From Candidatus Eiseniibacteriota bacterium (GTDB lineage Bacteria > Eisenbacteria > RBG-16-71-46): a stretch of DNA of 64,000 nucleotides. The notes beneath the pieces were generated by a model. The model had not been told where the DNA came from. It saw only the letters and a list, made by a program, of their open reading frames with translations, and did no database searches. Below are positions 9,420 to 23,902 of the stretch, one piece after another; the stretch's first letter is position 1, and each line of letters opens with the position of its first letter. Position numbers and translations under genes: made by a program. The stretch is taken from contig OY970342.1 of the NCBI GenBank assembly GCA_963717505.1, positions 320,001-384,000 on the forward strand, read 5' to 3'.

Positions 9420-9623
9420 TCAGGCCTTGTTCGTGCGAATCCGGCAGGCGCCGTAGATCGGGCAGAATCCTACTATGCCCGTGATCAAGGACACGAAACC
9501 AAGCACCTTGAGTATCGTCGCCAACGCTCCGGAAACCACCCCTCCCCATCCGAGGTACAACAGGACCACACCCAATAACCCCCTAAGGATGCGATCCCAA
9601 CCGGCTTCGTTCAGCCGGAACAT
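9420..9623 (-). CDS. DUF2892 (YgaP-like) small membrane protein
   Basis: NEAGWDRILR...TGIVGFCPIY..CRIRT; GGAGG RBS. Confidence 0.85.
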   Translation of the reverse strand: MFRLNEAGWDRILRGLLGVVLLYLGWGGVVSGALATILKVLGFVSLITGIVGFCPIYGACRIRTNKA

Positions 9624-9867
9624 GGCACCACCTCCGTTCCAGCTATCGCGGCCCCTCGACCCGGTTATTTCAGCATCGGTCGTGCCAGGGCGGAGATGCC
9701 GGCAAGTCGTTGGAACGACAAGGTCCGGAATCCCGATCGCCGGCGGCGGATATGCCCCGGTGTCATGGGCAGCGCCAGGTTGGCAGGAAGCCGAGGAAGC
9801 CATGCGCTCGGTCGGAGTCCAGTCTTGGGCGGTTGCGCCCCGGCCGTGCCCGCCCCAGAGTGCCGCC

Positions 9868-10326
9868 ATGCGCGACCGCACGGCACCGGCCGATCCCGAC
9901 TACGCCGATCGGGTGCATGCGAGCTTTGCGCGCCAGACCGTCATGGCCACCCTCGGCGTCCGGCTCGACCGGGTGGAGCCGGGCGTGGTCGATCTGTCGT
10001 TTCCGTTCCGGGCCGACTTCACCCAGCAGCACGGTTTCATCCACGCCGGCATCCTGGCTACGGTGCTCGACAGCGCCTGCGGCTACGCCGCCTTCTCGTT
10101 GATGCCTGCCGACTCGGCCGTGCTGTCGGTCGAGGTCCGCATCCACTTGCTGGCCCCCGCCGACGGCGAGCGCTTCGTGGCGCGCGGTCGGGTGATTCGC
10201 GCCGGCCGCAACCTGACGGTCACGCAGGCCGACGGGTTCGCGATTCGCGACGGCGCCGAGCACCACGTCGCGATGATGACCGGAACCATGATGTGCGTCC
10301 GGGATCGACCCGGCCTCAAAGGATAA
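9868..10326 (+). CDS. PaaI family thioesterase
   Basis: Hotdog motif TQQHGFIHAGILATVLDSACGYAA. Confidence 0.88.
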   Translation: MRDRTAPADPDYADRVHASFARQTVMATLGVRLDRVEPGVVDLSFPFRADFTQQHGFIHAGILATVLDSACGYAAFSLMPADSAVLSVEVRIHLLAPADGERFVARGRVIRAGRNLTVTQADGFAIRDGAEHHVAMMTGTMMCVRDRPGLKG

Positions 10327-10399
10327 GATGGTCGCGCGCATCACCCGGCGTGTCGGCCCGAGTTTGGACCGTATGGCCTTTCCCAGGAGGGAACTTTCG

Positions 10400-11182
10400 A
10401 TGAAGCGCCTGCTACCCGCCGTTCTGTTGGCCGCGTTGCCCCTGATTACCGGCTGTGCCGCGGTGCCCGCCGAGCACATCGGGGTGATCGAAGTGTTCGG
10501 CGCCGTCCAGCCCAACACCTGGCCACCCGGACTCCACGCATGGGGTCCGTGGTTCGGTGTCCACCGCATCAACTGCCGCACCCAGCAGTTCGAGGAGAAG
10601 ACTCAGACCCCGACCAACGAGGGTCTGGTGGTGGGTCTCGATGTCAGCGTGGTGTTCCACATCGACCCCAAGTTCGCGAAGGACGTCTACGCACGCTACG
10701 GCGGGATGGACGGGCTGATCGAGAACGTTCTGATGCCCGAGTTCCGGTCGTCCATCCGCGACGTCACTGCAGGGTTCAACGCCTCGGACCTCTATTCCAG
10801 CCGCCGCAACGAAGTCACTACGAAGATGCAGGATGAGCTGAGCACTCGACTCGAGGGCCGGGGTGTTGTCCTCGAGGCTCTCCTGCTGCGCGGGATTACG
10901 CTGCCCGAGCAGGTCGCCAACGCGGTGCAGGCCAAGCTGGCCGCCGACCAGCAGGCGCAACAAATGGAGTTCGTGCTCAAGAAGGAGCAGCGCGAGGCCG
11001 AGCGCAAGCGGATCGAGGCGCAGGGCATCGCCGACTACCAGCGCATCGTCAGCTCGGGCCTCACCGAATCGCTGTTGCGCTGGAAGGGGATCGAGGCGAC
11101 GGCCAAGCTGGCCGAATCGCAGAACGCGAAGGTGGTGGTCGTGGGAGGCAAGGACGGCCTGCCGTTGATCCTGAATCCGTAG
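10400..11182 (+). CDS. SPFH/prohibitin family protein, probable lipoprotein
   Basis: AGGAGG RBS, lipobox ITGC, EAERKRIEAQGIADYQ, DGLPLIL. Confidence 0.9.
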   Translation: MKRLLPAVLLAALPLITGCAAVPAEHIGVIEVFGAVQPNTWPPGLHAWGPWFGVHRINCRTQQFEEKTQTPTNEGLVVGLDVSVVFHIDPKFAKDVYARYGGMDGLIENVLMPEFRSSIRDVTAGFNASDLYSSRRNEVTTKMQDELSTRLEGRGVVLEALLLRGITLPEQVANAVQAKLAADQQAQQMEFVLKKEQREAERKRIEAQGIADYQRIVSSGLTESLLRWKGIEATAKLAESQNAKVVVVGGKDGLPLILNP

Positions 11183-11226
11183 AGGCCCTGGCCAACGCAC
11201 CGCACGCAGCGGCGCAAGCGTCGCGA

Positions 11227-11916
11227 TCAGCGCCAGCGGCGCTTGACGCTGCCCCACGTCGCCGCCTGAACCGGCGTCAGGAAGTCGGCGACGCTGTCGA
11301 GCGTCGTGTAGATGAAGTCCTTGCCCGGGTCGAACGTGCCGTCTGCGGCGTTGGCAGCGGCCGCGAAATACACGGTTCCCGCTCCCACGGTTGGCGCCTG
11401 CCACTGGAACTGCCAGGTGACCGGGCCGGCGACGCCGGTCTGGGTGCCGAGGAACTGGTGTTCGACGTAGCTCCGGGATTCCCAGGGCCCTGGCTCTCCC
11501 TCGACGACCTGCAGCTCGTTCAGGTTCGTGACGCTGAACGCGCCCGCGCCTTGGCCATTCGAGGCCAGGAACGCCGTCATCTGGAAACCCCATTTGCGGC
11601 CCGGTATGAATGCCGTCGAGTCGCTCCACACCCGCACCTCGATGGGATAGGTCTGCCCGCCCACGTAGGTGCCGGGCAATACCAACTCGATCGCGCCACC
11701 CGGAAGATTCACGTTGGGCACGCGGTTTCCGAGGTCGTCGTAGGTCTGGTGGCACTGCCCGCAGATGCTCTCCGCGGGCACGCTGCCTACCGCCGGGGCG
11801 CCGGTCATCGACGGCGGCGGGCCGGTAGAAAAGCGGCTCGAGGCGACCGCGACCCCGGCGGCAAGGGTCAGGAAGCTCAGGAGGTAGGGGATCGAGGGCT
11901 TCATCGAGCGATTCAT
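11227..11916 (-). CDS. Secreted Reeler-like (choice-of-anchor V) protein with a CxxCH motif and C-terminal TWGxxK tail
   Basis: Signal peptide, TGAP...CGQCH, WGFQMTA, WQFQWQAP...YFAAAANAADG; ends ATWGSVKRRWR. Confidence 0.75.
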   Translation of the reverse strand: MNRSMKPSIPYLLSFLTLAAGVAVASSRFSTGPPPSMTGAPAVGSVPAESICGQCHQTYDDLGNRVPNVNLPGGAIELVLPGTYVGGQTYPIEVRVWSDSTAFIPGRKWGFQMTAFLASNGQGAGAFSVTNLNELQVVEGEPGPWESRSYVEHQFLGTQTGVAGPVTWQFQWQAPTVGAGTVYFAAAANAADGTFDPGKDFIYTTLDSVADFLTPVQAATWGSVKRRWR

Positions 11917-12007
11917 GGGTCGGGTTCGCCGAATGGCGAAACAGAATTGTATCGGACGAAACCGTGTCCGAGGAGTAGAATGTCGGGTCTTGTACGGAGC
12001 TACCCCC

Positions 12008-14179
12008 ATGGTCCGTGTGTTCTCCATTGCTCTCCCATCCCGGGGCCTACTCCTGAAGGTGCTGCCGGTGGCCTGGGCCCTGGTCCTCATTGGGCCCGCG
12101 GCCGGCGCCGACGTACCGCCCGGGTACCTCTACGTCTCGCCCACGCCTGGGTCCCGCTACGTCTCTCCGCACAACAACGTGGCGATTCGCGGCGACCGGC
12201 TGCTGGATCGCGGGTCGTTGGGCGCCCGGACGATCGTGGTCGTCGGGTCGGCCAGCGGCGAACACACCGGAGCTCTTGACCTCTCGGATGACGGCCGAAC
12301 ACTCGTGTTCGTTCCCGACCGGCCCTATCGCCTGGGGGAACGGATCTCGGTGACCGTCGCGCCCGGCGTGCGAGCGACGGATGGTTCGCCGCTGCCACCC
12401 CTCGATTTCGAGTTCTTCGTCGGGTCGGTGGACCCACGGGCCCAGCCGTGGCGAAACCGAGTGTTGGACCCGTTCGATGCACGCGCCTCGCGCGGGTTCG
12501 AATGGCCGCTGGCGGCGACTCCGGTTGCAGTCGCGGTCGGCGACAGCCTGCCCGCCTCCTATCCGCCGATCTACGTGATCTACTCCCGGGATCCCGAGCC
12601 CGGGCATCTGTTCATGACCCCCAACCCCCCGGGACAGCCGGTCCAGGGGAACCTGGTCATCATGGACAACTTCGGTCAGCCGCTCTTCTACCGGCGCATG
12701 CCAGGGCGCACGACCGACTTCAACAAGCACGCCAACGGCCGGCTGAGCTTTTTTCACGACGAGACCTTTCGCTACTACTTGCTCGATGCCAACTACTCGG
12801 TGGTCGACAGCTTCGAGACCGGCAACGGCTACCAGACCGACAACCACGAACTGCAACTCCTGCCCAACGGCCACGCGCTCATGATGGCCTACGACGACCA
12901 GCCGGTCGGCATGGACACGGTGATCGCCGGCGGCAACCCGAACGCGCTGGTGACCGGCCTGATCATCCAGGAAGTCGATGCGGCCAAGAACGTGGTGTTC
13001 CAGTGGCGGAGCTGGGACCACTTCGGCATCCTCGACGAGAACTCCTGCACGGTCGACCCGCTGGCCGCGACCGTGGACTACGTGCACGCCAACTCGATCG
13101 AGCTGGACCACGACGGCAACCTGTTGATCTCCTCGCGCCACCTGAACGAGATCACCAAGATCGACCGCCAGACCGGCGAGGTCCTCTGGCGCATGGGGCA
13201 AAACGCGCTCAGGAACCAGTTCACCTTTGTCGGCGACACGCGCGGATTCTCGCACCAGCACGACGCGCGGCGCCTGCCAAACGGAAACCTGATCCTGTTC
13301 GACAACGGCAATTGCATGGACACGCTGTATTCGCGGGCGATCGAGTACCAGCTCGACGAGGTGAACAAGGTGGCGACCCGGGTGTGGCAGTACCGGGACT
13401 CCCCGGACGTTTACGGGCGGGCGACCGGCGGCGTGCAGCGTCGAGCGACCGCCAGCACGCTGGTCGACTGGGGCTTCGGCTGCAAGGTAACCGACCTGCA
13501 CCCGGACGGCACCAAAGCTTTCGAGGTGTTGTTTGGGGTCCTGAACATGCAGACCTACCGCGCCTACCGATACCCCTGGACCACGACCCAGTTTGCGCTG
13601 GATGCCGAGCTCATCGACTTCGGCCAAGTCGCGGTGGGCGACTCGATGACCTGGCCGCTGCGAGTGACCAACACCTGGAATCAGCCGATCGAGATCGGTG
13701 CCTTCGTCAGCACCGAGCCGAGGTTCCGTGTGCTGAATCCCGTCCCGGTGACCATTCCGGTCGCGGGATTCGCGACCGTGGACGTCGTGTTCACGCCGGT
13801 GGCTTCGGGTCCGGTTCGTGCCATGCTGTACGCTCGCGCGGTGAACGACACTGAACTGGTCGCGCAATCCGTCGAGCTGCGCGGCACCGGTCCGACCGCG
13901 TCGGTCGAGCGTCCCGATCACGATCTTGCGTTGTCGGTCTGGCCCAGTCCCAGTCGCGGCGCGACGCGCTTGGCTTTCACCCTGCCGCGCACGGATCACG
14001 CGCGGATTCGCGTCCTCGACGTTCAAGGCCGGGTGCGCGCGGTGCTGGCCGACCGCTCCTTCCCGGCCGGCCGTCACGAGCTGGCGTGGAGCGCCGGGTC
14101 CTCGCCCGCGGGGCTCTATCTCGTTCAGTTCGAGAGTGGCGGGCGGAGCACGATCCGGAAGCTGGCCATCATTCCATGA
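12008..14179 (+). CDS. Secreted arylsulfotransferase (ASST) with Ig-like domains and a FlgD/T9SS-like C-terminal domain
   Basis: HELQLLPNG, HANSIELDHDGNLLISSRH, HQHDAR, FDNGN, YRAYR; C-terminal PSP...DVQGR...GLYLV. Confidence 0.85.
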   Translation: MVRVFSIALPSRGLLLKVLPVAWALVLIGPAAGADVPPGYLYVSPTPGSRYVSPHNNVAIRGDRLLDRGSLGARTIVVVGSASGEHTGALDLSDDGRTLVFVPDRPYRLGERISVTVAPGVRATDGSPLPPLDFEFFVGSVDPRAQPWRNRVLDPFDARASRGFEWPLAATPVAVAVGDSLPASYPPIYVIYSRDPEPGHLFMTPNPPGQPVQGNLVIMDNFGQPLFYRRMPGRTTDFNKHANGRLSFFHDETFRYYLLDANYSVVDSFETGNGYQTDNHELQLLPNGHALMMAYDDQPVGMDTVIAGGNPNALVTGLIIQEVDAAKNVVFQWRSWDHFGILDENSCTVDPLAATVDYVHANSIELDHDGNLLISSRHLNEITKIDRQTGEVLWRMGQNALRNQFTFVGDTRGFSHQHDARRLPNGNLILFDNGNCMDTLYSRAIEYQLDEVNKVATRVWQYRDSPDVYGRATGGVQRRATASTLVDWGFGCKVTDLHPDGTKAFEVLFGVLNMQTYRAYRYPWTTTQFALDAELIDFGQVAVGDSMTWPLRVTNTWNQPIEIGAFVSTEPRFRVLNPVPVTIPVAGFATVDVVFTPVASGPVRAMLYARAVNDTELVAQSVELRGTGPTASVERPDHDLALSVWPSPSRGATRLAFTLPRTDHARIRVLDVQGRVRAVLADRSFPAGRHELAWSAGSSPAGLYLVQFESGGRSTIRKLAIIP

Positions 14180-16323
14180 GTCACAAAGCCTGGGCGTGGT
14201 CGATCGTCCTAGGCGCGGCGGTCGGAATCGCGAGCGCGGCCCAAGGCTCGATTCCTCCCGGGTATACGTACGTCTCACCGGCGCCCGGGTCTCGGTACGT
14301 TTCCCCTGGCAACAACGTTGCGCTGCGCAGTGCGCGGGCCCTCGATCCGTCCTCGCTCGACACTCGGCTCTTCTCGGTCGTCGGATCGCTGAGCGGACCG
14401 CACGACGGGCGGCTCACGCTCGCAGACGATGGGCGCACCCTGATGTTCGTGCCGAGCCATCGCTTCGCCTTCGGCGAGCGGGTCACCGTGACCCTGAGCT
14501 CCGGCCTGCGCACGGCGTCGGGCGAGACCCTGCCGCCTCTCGATTTCGACTTCGCGATCGCCGTAGAGCGCCCGACCACCGGGTCGCGAACGTCGATCGA
14601 ATCGGACGAGAGCCCCGGCGATGCACTCCTGTCTTCGATCCCATCGCTGCCGTCGTCGCCGACCGCGGTCGGCCCGGTGCCTCCGAGCTATCCCCCGATC
14701 ATCATCCAGAGTCTGAACGACCCCGAGCCCGGCCACCTGTTCATGACCCCGAACCCGCTGCCGCCCACGGTCCACGGCAATCTGGTGATCGTCGACAACG
14801 AGGGCGAGCCGATGTTCTACCGCCGGAACCCGCAGCGCGTTCAGGACTTCAAGATGCAGCCGAGCGGACTCCTCACCTACTTCGACAACACCCCGAGCAG
14901 GTTCAAGTTCTACGGGCTCGACAGCACCTACACCGTGGTCGACAGCTTCGACGTCGGCAACGGCTACGACCTGCCGGATTTCCACGAGCTGCAGGTCCTG
15001 CCCAACGGGCACGCGCTGATGATGATCTACGACCCGCAGCCGGTGCGCATGGACTCCGTGGTCGCCGGCGGCAATCCGAACGCAGTGGTCACCGGCCTGG
15101 TCCTGCAGGAGATCGACGCGTCGAAGAACGTGGTGTTCCAGTGGCGGAGCTGGGACCACTTCGAGATCACCGACGCCGATGCCTGCACGGTCAATCTGAC
15201 CAGCGCGACAATCGACTACGTGCACGGCAACGCCATCGAGCTGGACCACGACGGCAACTGGCTGATCTCGTCACGCCACATGAACGAGATCACCAAGATC
15301 GATCGCGAGACCGGGAACATCATTTGGCGCTTCGGTTTCAACGCCCGCAACAACCAGTTCTCGTTCTTCGGCGACACGCGCGGCTTCTCGCATCAGCACG
15401 ACATCCGGCGGCTGCCCAGCGGCAACATCACGCTCTACGACAATGGCAACTGCCTCGACCCCGAGTACTCGCGCGGGCTCGAGTACGTGCTGGACGAGAC
15501 CAAGAAGGTCGCGACCCTGGTCTGGGAGTACCGGGACTCGCCCGACACGTACGGGCGCGCCACCGGAAACGTGCAACGCCGCCCGAGCGGCGGCACGCTG
15601 ATCAACTGGGGGTTTGGCCGCAAGGTGACCGACCTCCACCCCGACGACACCAAGGCCATCGAGGTGGTGTTCGGCGTCACCAACATGTCGACCTACCGCG
15701 CGTTTCGGTTTCCCTGGAGCACGAGCCAGTTCGCGCTCGACGCCACGGAGTTGGATTTCGGTCAGGTCGAGCTCGGCGACTCGACTACCTTACCGCTCAC
15801 CGTGCGCAACCGATGGAACCGCCCGATCGAGATCGACGCGTTCGCGAGCACCAGCGATTGGTTTCGCGTCTGGGATCCGCTGCCGTTGACCGTGGCCCCG
15901 GGCGCCACCGCGACCGTGAACGTCGTGTTCAAACCGCTGGGCACGGGTGCGGTCGAGGGCACCCTCTACGCGCGAGCGATCAACGACACCGAGTTGGTCG
16001 CACAGCGAGTCGCGGTGCGCGGTCGTGGACCGACGGCATCGACCCCGAGCCCACCCCTGGGCGCGATCGCGTTCGCCGTCCACCCGAGCCCGAGCCACGG
16101 ACCGACGCGCGTGACCTTCGACCTGACCACCGCCGACCAGGTCCGCATCCAGGTGCTGGACGTCCAGGGGCGCGTGCGCTCGACGCTCGCGGATCGCGAG
16201 TTCCCGGCCGGACGTCACGAGCTTCCGTGGAACGCCGGTTCGCTGCCAGCCGGGCTCTACTTCGTGCGCCTCGAGCGCCCGGAAGCGACTCATCTCGTGC
16301 GCCGGGTCGCAATGGTCCCCTAG
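14176..16323 (+). CDS. Second tandem arylsulfotransferase paralog with the same architecture
   Basis: ATGA overlap; HELQVLPNG, HGNAIELDHDGNWLISSRH, HQHDIR; collinear with the upstream paralog. Confidence 0.85.
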   Translation: MSHKAWAWSIVLGAAVGIASAAQGSIPPGYTYVSPAPGSRYVSPGNNVALRSARALDPSSLDTRLFSVVGSLSGPHDGRLTLADDGRTLMFVPSHRFAFGERVTVTLSSGLRTASGETLPPLDFDFAIAVERPTTGSRTSIESDESPGDALLSSIPSLPSSPTAVGPVPPSYPPIIIQSLNDPEPGHLFMTPNPLPPTVHGNLVIVDNEGEPMFYRRNPQRVQDFKMQPSGLLTYFDNTPSRFKFYGLDSTYTVVDSFDVGNGYDLPDFHELQVLPNGHALMMIYDPQPVRMDSVVAGGNPNAVVTGLVLQEIDASKNVVFQWRSWDHFEITDADACTVNLTSATIDYVHGNAIELDHDGNWLISSRHMNEITKIDRETGNIIWRFGFNARNNQFSFFGDTRGFSHQHDIRRLPSGNITLYDNGNCLDPEYSRGLEYVLDETKKVATLVWEYRDSPDTYGRATGNVQRRPSGGTLINWGFGRKVTDLHPDDTKAIEVVFGVTNMSTYRAFRFPWSTSQFALDATELDFGQVELGDSTTLPLTVRNRWNRPIEIDAFASTSDWFRVWDPLPLTVAPGATATVNVVFKPLGTGAVEGTLYARAINDTELVAQRVAVRGRGPTASTPSPPLGAIAFAVHPSPSHGPTRVTFDLTTADQVRIQVLDVQGRVRSTLADREFPAGRHELPWNAGSLPAGLYFVRLERPEATHLVRRVAMVP

Positions 16324-16364
16324 CGCACGCGCCGTCCGGCGGAGATCGCCTTCGACTTCGACCG

Positions 16365-20669
<4,305 letters not shown>

Positions 20670-20827
20670 GTCGCGTCCTTTCCGGTGCGAAGGCACACAG
20701 GGCCTTCGGGGAGAACGGGGGACACACAGGGTCCCTGGAACGGTTTCTACTCTACTCCTATCGGCACCCCCGGCGAAAGATCCAAAGGTGGGCTAGAATG
20801 TCAGCCCACTCCGGAGTCGGAGGCCGA

Positions 20828-22486
20828 ATGGTGATCCGGGTTTTCCTCGCGCTGCAAACGGTCGTCGCGCTCCTCGCCTGGCCCGTTTCGAGCGCCGCCC
20901 AGCCAGTCCACCGCGGTGGTCGAGTGCCGGCTCCGGCGCCGGGGGTCAACTGCATTCCCGCCGATCCCGCGCCCCCTCCCGGCACCGAAGCGCATCGCCC
21001 GCCGCCCGAAGGCGCCGGACTCATTCTCTACGCCGACCCGATGGGCAACGGCGGGATCAACAGCTTCGGCCAGACGCTGGTGAATTACGTCGACCTGTCG
21101 CCGACCACCTCGATCCAGGACTGGAGCTGCGGCAGCACGGCGTACGACGGACACGGCGGCTGGGACATCGAGATCCCGAGCTTCTATCACATGGACGAGA
21201 TGAACACGGCCGTGCTCGCCGCGGCGCCGGGCACCGTGATCCAGGCGCACGACGGCGAATTCGACCGGCGCGCCGCGTGGCAGAGCGGTGCGGCTGCCAA
21301 CTACGCGATCGTCGCCCACGCCGACGGATCCCAAGCGTGGTATTGGCACTTCAAGAACGGTTCGGTCCGCGTGTCGCCCGGCCAGCCTGTCGCGACCGGC
21401 GACACGCTCGGCTTCGTCGGCAGCTCGGGCTTCTCGAGCGGACCGCACCTGCACTTCGAGACGCGCGACCCCGGAGTGGTCGACCCGTCGACTGGAACAT
21501 GCAACGCCGTGTCTTCGCGCTGGATCTCGCAGGCGCCCTACGTGTGGAATCTGCCGTTCCAGTTGTTCGGCCACGGCCTGACCACACTGCCGATCACCTG
21601 GCCGACGCTGCTCGAATGGCCACCGTCGTCGACCCACGTCACCGCCAGCAGCACGATCTATTCGTGGATCCGCCCGCGCAATCTGACAACCGCCAATCTG
21701 ATGACGTTGAATCTCTACGCCAACGGGGCGCTGTGGGGCACGTACAACTGGAATGCGAGCGGGAGTTATTCGTCGAGCTGGTGGTACGTCACCTGGACGC
21801 TGCCGGTGAACCCGTCGCTCTACGGAAACTGGCGCGCCGACGTGCTGCGCGACGGCGTGGTCGTCTCGCAAGATTTCTTCACCTACGACGCGGCGGCGAA
21901 CCAGGCGCCGATGATGGCGCGTAATAACTTCGTGCTCGAGACCAACAGCAGCCTGACCGCCGATTTCCCGTCGTCCGATCCGGACGGCTCGGTGTTCTGG
22001 AACGAGGTCACCATCCCGCCGACGCACGGCACGATCCAGTTGTTGGGTGGTCGCAAGCGCAAATTCAAGTACACGCCCCCGCCGGGCTTCGTCGGGATCG
22101 ACTCCATCTATGCGCGGGCCCAGGACAACCAGGGTCTCTTTGGGGGCCCGGTGCGGCTCAAGTTCGCGGTCGGCCTGCCGCTCGACGTGCCCATGACTGA
22201 CGCAGCACCGCGCATCGCGCTCTCGCGTCCGGCGCCCAATCCGGTGTCGTCCCGGACCGAGATCAGCTACTCGCTGCCCAGGGCCACCACCGTCTCGCTC
22301 GAAGTCTTCGACGTGACCGGCGAGCGCGTGGCGATCCTCGATTCGGGGGAACGCCCGGCCGGCGACCGACACGTCACCTGGACGGTTCGGCGCTACGACG
22401 GGGGCCGGCTCCCGGCCGGCATCTACTTCCTCACCCTGATCGCCGATGCCGAACGCGTGACCCGCAGGATCGTCGTCACGCACTGA
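20828..22486 (+). CDS. Secreted M23 metallopeptidase with Ig-like and FlgD/T9SS-like C-terminal domains
   Basis: YDGHGGWD, VLAAAPGTV, YWHFK, GFSSGPHLHFE; C-terminal PNP...DVTGE...AGIYF. Confidence 0.87.
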   Translation: MVIRVFLALQTVVALLAWPVSSAAQPVHRGGRVPAPAPGVNCIPADPAPPPGTEAHRPPPEGAGLILYADPMGNGGINSFGQTLVNYVDLSPTTSIQDWSCGSTAYDGHGGWDIEIPSFYHMDEMNTAVLAAAPGTVIQAHDGEFDRRAAWQSGAAANYAIVAHADGSQAWYWHFKNGSVRVSPGQPVATGDTLGFVGSSGFSSGPHLHFETRDPGVVDPSTGTCNAVSSRWISQAPYVWNLPFQLFGHGLTTLPITWPTLLEWPPSSTHVTASSTIYSWIRPRNLTTANLMTLNLYANGALWGTYNWNASGSYSSSWWYVTWTLPVNPSLYGNWRADVLRDGVVVSQDFFTYDAAANQAPMMARNNFVLETNSSLTADFPSSDPDGSVFWNEVTIPPTHGTIQLLGGRKRKFKYTPPPGFVGIDSIYARAQDNQGLFGGPVRLKFAVGLPLDVPMTDAAPRIALSRPAPNPVSSRTEISYSLPRATTVSLEVFDVTGERVAILDSGERPAGDRHVTWTVRRYDGGRLPAGIYFLTLIADAERVTRRIVVTH

Positions 22487-22606
22487 CCGTCGAGCCTTTG
22501 CGGTTCGCCAAAATTTCGCAAAGAAAAACGGCCCGGTCCTTGCGCATGGTTGCGGCAGATCCCGCAGCGTGGTCTGACCCTGCAACCGGAAAACGCACCC
22601 AAAGCC

Positions 22607-23902
22607 ATGCGCACCGTAACGATAGGCCTCTCGGCCGCAATCCTGCTGACTTCCACCCAACTTGCGTTCGGCCAGACGCTCGACGCAAGACGCATGGGAA
22701 TGGGTGGCGTGGTCCTTGCGGGGCAGCCCGACAACGTCGCCTACCGCGCGGTGCCGCCGGCCCCCGGACGCTCCACCGGGTTCACGCTGCCACTCGGTCT
22801 GATGACTCTGGTCGACGATCCGCCCGAGTTCGACCCCGACAGCCCGGGCTTCAACGTCTTCGAGATCGCCGAGCTGGCGCTCAACCCACCCTGGCACCTT
22901 CAGCTCAACGAGCCCGATCCGCCCTCGACCGATATCGTGGTGTCGCTCGGCCGTGACTATCTGTCGGTCGACTTGGGCGAAGTCGGGGACTACTTCGAGC
23001 AAGGCAGCCGCATCGCGTCCTCGTACGCGCTGACGCCGGGCGCGGTCAAGATTGGCCCGGTGTTCGGCAGCATGTCGCTGCTCACCACATACGAGAACCG
23101 GTTCGAGCTGGGACCCGAGCTGAAGCAGGCTCTGGATAGCGGCGAGTTCCAGCCCAACACCCAATACACGCTGACCGACGTCGGCGAGGGCCACGTGATG
23201 GCGACGGCGGATCTCGGCTGCGCCATGCCGCTGCTCCCGGGTTCGGGCGAGCAAGCTACCCGGGTGTTCGGCGGCGCCCGCATCCGTCTGTTCCGGGGCC
23301 TGGGCTACGGCGACATGCGCACCGACGCCGGATTCGCGACCGACGACACGATGTTCGCGAGCATCCCGGCCGAGTTCGACGTGGTCGGCACCTTCCGCGA
23401 CGCCGGGCTCTCGGGCGGCGGCTGGGGCGCGGGTCTCGATCTCGGCACCGTCGTCCAGTGGCGCGGGTTCGAATTCGGCGCCAGCGTCCAGAACCTGGGC
23501 GCCACCATGACCTGGCGCGTGCGCGAGCAGATCGTGACCAGCGACTCGACCGGCAACTACGAAATGACCACGGTCGCGGACAACGTCGAGTACACGTCGC
23601 GCGTGCCGATCAACGTCACCGCCCACGTCGGCCGCGCCATGGGCCCTTGGCTGCTGGCTGCCGACGTCACCCACTCGATGGACGCGACGCAGACCCACGT
23701 CGGCGTCGAGCGCTGGATCGGTTGGTTCGCGCTGCGCGGCGGCGTGCGGCTCGACGAACAAGTGAACATCCAGGGCGGCACCGGCCTGGGTGCTCGCTTC
23801 GGTCCGGTCGGCGCCGATCTGGCGCTCGCGACCCACAACCGCCACCTGAACGGTGAACGCGGCCTCGAGCTGGCCGCGGGCATCTCGTGGTATCCGAAAT
23901 GA
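22607..23902 (+). CDS. Outer-membrane beta-barrel protein (TraF/DUF5723/FadL-like)
   Basis: Signal peptide, DARRMGMGG, GAGLDLG, amphipathic strands, aromatic C-terminus AGISWY. Confidence 0.65.
   Translation: MRTVTIGLSAAILLTSTQLAFGQTLDARRMGMGGVVLAGQPDNVAYRAVPPAPGRSTGFTLPLGLMTLVDDPPEFDPDSPGFNVFEIAELALNPPWHLQLNEPDPPSTDIVVSLGRDYLSVDLGEVGDYFEQGSRIASSYALTPGAVKIGPVFGSMSLLTTYENRFELGPELKQALDSGEFQPNTQYTLTDVGEGHVMATADLGCAMPLLPGSGEQATRVFGGARIRLFRGLGYGDMRTDAGFATDDTMFASIPAEFDVVGTFRDAGLSGGGWGAGLDLGTVVQWRGFEFGASVQNLGATMTWRVREQIVTSDSTGNYEMTTVADNVEYTSRVPINVTAHVGRAMGPWLLAADVTHSMDATQTHVGVERWIGWFALRGGVRLDEQVNIQGGTGLGARFGPVGADLALATHNRHLNGERGLELAAGISWYPK

Noticed and set aside
20700-20745. Weak hairpin upstream of acnA as an iron-responsive-element-like RNA
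   Set aside because: The stem is short and imperfect with no CAGUG loop; not supportable by eye.
20801-23845. 1014-aa minus-strand ORF, and similar long ORFs at 45770..48547, 12047..14278, 50639..52831 and 57984..60005
   Set aside because: All lie opposite genes with clear family motifs and have low-complexity Arg/Ala/Gly-rich translations.
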